This document shows, piece after piece, positions 59,979-64,000 of a stretch of DNA of 64,000 bases. How positions within the stretch are numbered: position 1 is the first letter of the stretch; each line of letters starts with the position of its first letter. Source of the DNA: Podarcis bocagei (lineage: Eukaryota); the NCBI GenBank assembly GCA_964188305.1, contig OZ076886.1. The stretch is one strand, 5' to 3'. The notes under the pieces were generated by a model. It ran no database searches. It was not told the origin of the DNA and worked only from the letters and a program-made list of their open reading frames with translations. A program made the translations under genes and the position numbers.

Positions 59979-60688
59979 GACGTGCCCAAGGATTAAGGCT
60001 TTCTGGGAGATGATTTATAATGAAATGAAAAAAGGTATTTAAATATACCTTTCTGAAGAAACCAGAGGCCTTTCTCCTGGGCATGGTCGGCCAATTGGTG
60101 CCAAAGAAGGATAGAACTTTCTTTATGTATGCTACAACAGCAGCAAGAATACTTATTGCAAAGTATTGGAAGACACAAGATTTACCCACTCTGGAAGAAT
60201 GGCAGATGAAGGTGATGGACTATATGGAACTGGCAGAAATGACTGGCAGAATCCGAGACCAGGGAGAAGAGTCGGTGGAAGAAGATTGGAAGAAATTTAA
60301 AGACTATTTACAGAAATACTGCAAAATTAATGAATGTTAGAATGATGTTGGATTGAAGTTAAGTGGTTTTTAGCAGCAATGTTAAAAGGAATATGTAAAA
60401 ATGGGTTGTTAACAGGTGAAAATTTAAAGTTATTATATTTTAAGATAAGAGATTAAGATAAAATTAAAGAGGGAAAGGATTTGCTGAACAACTAATTTGA
60501 ACTGGAATACAAAAAGGGAGGTGTGAGGAGGTCGGGGAAACAAGCAAATGAAAGATAAGACATGGAAAGACTAATCTTTTTTTTTTAATTGTTTTTATCT
60601 TGTATTTTCATTTTTTATTTTTTCCTCTTTCTTTTTTTGCATATTTTGTAATATGTTGAAATTTTAATAAATATCTTTTTTTAAAAAA
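59979..60688 (+). mobile_element. 5'-truncated L1-clade LINE (ORF2 C-terminus plus 3'UTR)
   Basis: WTCPRIKAFWEMIY...AARILIAKYWK...W open to the stop at 60340; AATAAA at 60666; perfect 18-bp TSD atagtttggcatcgcatg. Confidence 0.92.
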
Positions 60689-63172
60689 ATAGTTTGGCAT
60701 CGCATGTGACTGGTTCATCCAATCGCTCCTGATGCAGAGACTCAGCAGAGTTACCTGCTCTCAGAAGAGGCTGTCTGCGTGACTGCCCTCAGCTCCTGTG
60801 CTTTCATCCCACCAGGAGTCGCTCTCATGATAGTGACTCATGCAGAAACAGAGAGGAAGGGGACCACACCGTTCCATAGCACTTCCCACGTTTGTGTGCT
60901 GGAGGTCCCGGGTTCTTCTCTTGACATTTTCAGTTTGAAAACAACAATCAGGAGCATGCAATGGAGCAAAAGCCTCTGCCCTGAGACTCTGGAGATTGGG
61001 TGCTTATCGGAGGAGACAATACTGAGCTAGATAAGCAAATAGCCAGACCTGGTTGAAGGTAGTTTCCTACATGAGATGTAGGCTTCAGCAGGTGAGCAAT
61101 GCTTACACTTCCACACTTTAAAAATAAATATTTTTGGCTGTAAGATTGAAGGGTACCTCCCAATTTAATTCTAGGCAGGGAATGAGAGTTTCAGCGATGA
61201 GAATTTTATGCACTTGCTTTTGTGTAGCATTTCCTGTGGTGTTTAAGAAAACCTTTGTATTTGTTTATTAGATCCTTCAGGGGGGGGGATCAGTGCAATT
61301 ATCCCCATTTTACAGATAGGGTTGAGACTGTGCCAGTGGTGTTCAGGGGGTGTTAAACAGGGAGGGAACCCTGCAACATAAAAGCAGCATGATAACTGAC
61401 TTTCTCCAGCACTGCAGCCTCTGCCAAGTTGAGACAGTGCCCAAGACTTCCCAGGACAGAGGTTTGGCACCCTCAAGGGAGTCCTGCACCCCTGGGAGCA
61501 GTGGGAGGCAGGCTCAGATTGCCCTCTTGCCTTTGCTGCCCTGCTCACCTGCATCAGGATTGTCATGGAAACAGGCTCAATGCTTTTGAAGTCACCTAGG
61601 TGATGGATCTGAGCTACATTTCCCAGACAAGGAGCAGGAAAGGGAGGTGAGGCCTTGGGGGAGGGCAAGGGCTGAGCCAGGTGGAAGGGAGGCAAGACTC
61701 TGCAGAATGGATGCCAGCAGCTCCTACCATGACCCTGCAAGGAGGTGCCTGCAGCTGTGCTTGGACAGTATTTATGAGCATCGAGCTGCAGTATATAACC
61801 ATGGGGATGGGGCTGATTGAGCAGCCTGTTATCTCAGCAGCTAAATGGGTAATTGGGAGCAGGAGACGCTATCGGCAGCGATAAATCCCCCAGCAAAGCC
61901 AGTGCATTAACTAGGGCTTTAGTATCAATTATCCCTCCCAGCAGTGTTGAATAGAGAAAGTGATGCCTTTAAGTGTTGCAGGGTGGGGTGTGGGGGAGAG
62001 AGTTCTGGCTGTTCTTGCCCCAAGCCTCAGGTGGAAAGAGGGAGGGAGCAGCCCAAGGGCAAGAACTTTCCCCAGGAACACAGGAACAGGGATAGTGCCA
62101 GTGAGACAGGCATTCAAGGGCAGGGGTGGTGGTAAAAGCTGGGGGAGCAGCCTCAGTGGCAGACCAGCAACTTGATCAGGCTGTGAAAATACACTGGATT
62201 GTTTATTTTAGTAGTCCAATATACTGCTTGCCTCTAGAGCCAGGAAGATGGAAACTGCTGAAATGAGAGAGTGTGCTTTTGAGCATGTATAGAGAGCCTT
62301 CCTCTCACCACTGAACAAGCCCATAATCAGCCCCCGCACAGAGATGGAGAGGTTTCAAGGTCAGCTGGTCTAACTTCCAGCTGGGCGTCAACCTTTCCAT
62401 TTTGATATTGGGCTCTGCTCAGTATGCCATAAATGGATAGCATCCAGTCCTCATAGAGGCTGAGTATATTGTGCAGATGAGACACTATATGACTGAGGTT
62501 AGGTTTGCTGGGTTTCTCTGCACTAGGACCAAGCTTATCCCCAGTAGTCACCAGACACTAATCCATAAAGCAACACCAATTGTTCTTCCTCCTCACCTTC
62601 ACGGATATTGATGTCCACTGCACTCATTCTGACACTCTTCCCAGATGAGAGGAAGTTGTTAGCAAAATCCATGCCCTGCTGTCTTGTTTTGCATTAGGGC
62701 ATCACCCCCATGTCGTCTTGGACTTTCCAATTAATTGTTTTAATCACCATGATGCATGCAAGCTATTTTCATTTTACATGTGTATTTGTCCTTTCCTCCA
62801 AGGAGTTCAGGGCAGGCAATTCTCACCCCACTCCCCATTTTATCCTCAAATCCAATCCTGCATGATTGGATAGGCTGAGGTTCAGTCAATGACCCATGAA
62901 GCACCTAACCGAGCTTCACGATTGTGTGGGGATTTGAACCCTGGTCTCCCAAGTCCGACTCTACCACTTTAACCACGACACACCGATTCTCAAACATTTC
63001 ATCTTTGCTTTTGTAGTTCTGAGAGAGACCTATGTTCCAGGGTGAGGGAGGGAGGGAGGCACAGACAGGACTGGTTATCTGAATTGCGCTAGTTTGGACT
63101 ACAACTCCCATCAGCCCAGCAAGCTGGGAATTCTCAAAGTTAACCCTTCTTATACAAGGAGTCTGTGTAGAC

Positions 63173-63309
63173 CAGGCATGGCCAAACTTGGCCCTCCAGC
63201 TGTTTTGGGACTATAATTCCCATCATCCTTGACCACTGGGTCCTGTTAGCTAGGGATGATGGGAGTTGTAGTCCCAAAACAGCTGGAGGGCCAAGTTTGG
63301 CCATGCCTG
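63173..63309. mobile_element. 137-bp hAT (Charlie-like) hairpin MITE
   Basis: About 55-bp near-perfect TIRs; perfect 8-bp TSD gtgtagac. Confidence 0.92.
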
Positions 63310-64000
63310 GTGTAGACTATTACTCTCCTAGGATATTGACTGTGTAACTCACATATATGACTCCACTTTTCCAGATGGTAATTTATCGCCACCTGCCAGA
63401 CATTGGCTTCCATTATCTCCCCGGATGCTCCAGCATTTGCAACTTGTACATCCTTGTCTGGTGAATGAAGGGAGAAGAGGGGCTGTGCACAACTAGAATC
63501 AGTTGTGTGGAGAAATGCTGTCAGACAAACTCACTATCACAACTGGTCATGAAGGCCTTGGTGATAAAACTGGTGGTTCCAGAGGACATCTCCCTTAACA
63601 AAAACAATAGTAAGGTATAGATGTTCTCTCATTTGCTGTTGTTCCTACAGCCGTGTTCTGGTAGAAGACCAGCTCTGGAATGGGAATCACTTATTAAGAA
63701 GGTTTCACAATCAGGAGGAGATATTGGGTTTGGATCGAGACTAAGTTAGTTAGATCTCACTGAAGTCCATTGGGCATAATGAGTCATTATTAACTTTCCA
63801 AACAGATTTCAACTGGGCCTCAATTTGGCTACCTACCTGAGTCTGAATCCAACTAATTATCTCCAAAGATAGCAAGCGTACAGATATATTGATATGGAAG
63901 ACAGGTGTGTTATAATTCAGAAATTATCAGTGAGCAAATCTGTACGAGAGAGAGAAAGATTAAAATCTTTTCAACCCACAGGGAAATTTAAGTCCTGGAC

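Noticed and set aside
43500-64000. Search for the UNC5A signal-peptide exon 1 among the many short ORFs
   Set aside because: No ATG plus hydrophobic leader with a phase-1 donor was found; the ORFs look like intronic noise or repeat remnants.

Overview
Vertebrate genomic DNA, almost certainly a squamate reptile (Sauria SINEs, tRNA/CR1-tailed SINEs, squamate-type L1/L2/CR1, hAT MITEs; a lacertid lizard is my inference). Two convergent multi-exon genes fill the window. On + is a complete two-domain hexokinase, HK3: 17 core exons 3802..23257, all GT-AG and phase-consistent. On - is the netrin receptor UNC5A: exons 2-16, 40767..24668; exon 1 was not found and probably lies beyond the right edge, so 40768..64000 is intron 1. 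The tail-to-tail arrangement matches mammalian HK3/UNC5A synteny. Most notable observations: (1) HK3 appears to have two alternative N-termini, a 22-aa leader exon (913 aa total) and a 158-aa Ser-rich extension with PKA-type sites (1049 aa total); (2) the HK3 N-half keeps glucose-binding residues but has lost the phosphate/ATP pocket; (3) a CpG island in UNC5A intron 1 holds a candidate in-frame alternative first exon with no signal peptide; (4) a 5'-inverted Sauria SINE with twin-priming geometry; (5) a CR1 fragment fused to an unidentified C/A-rich Pro-rich ORF; (6) non-canonical splice sites and a possible poison microexon in UNC5A. No prokaryotic-type systems or CRISPR arrays. I found no convincing wholly new biological system; the isoform hypotheses need RNA evidence. 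All coordinates were read by hand.
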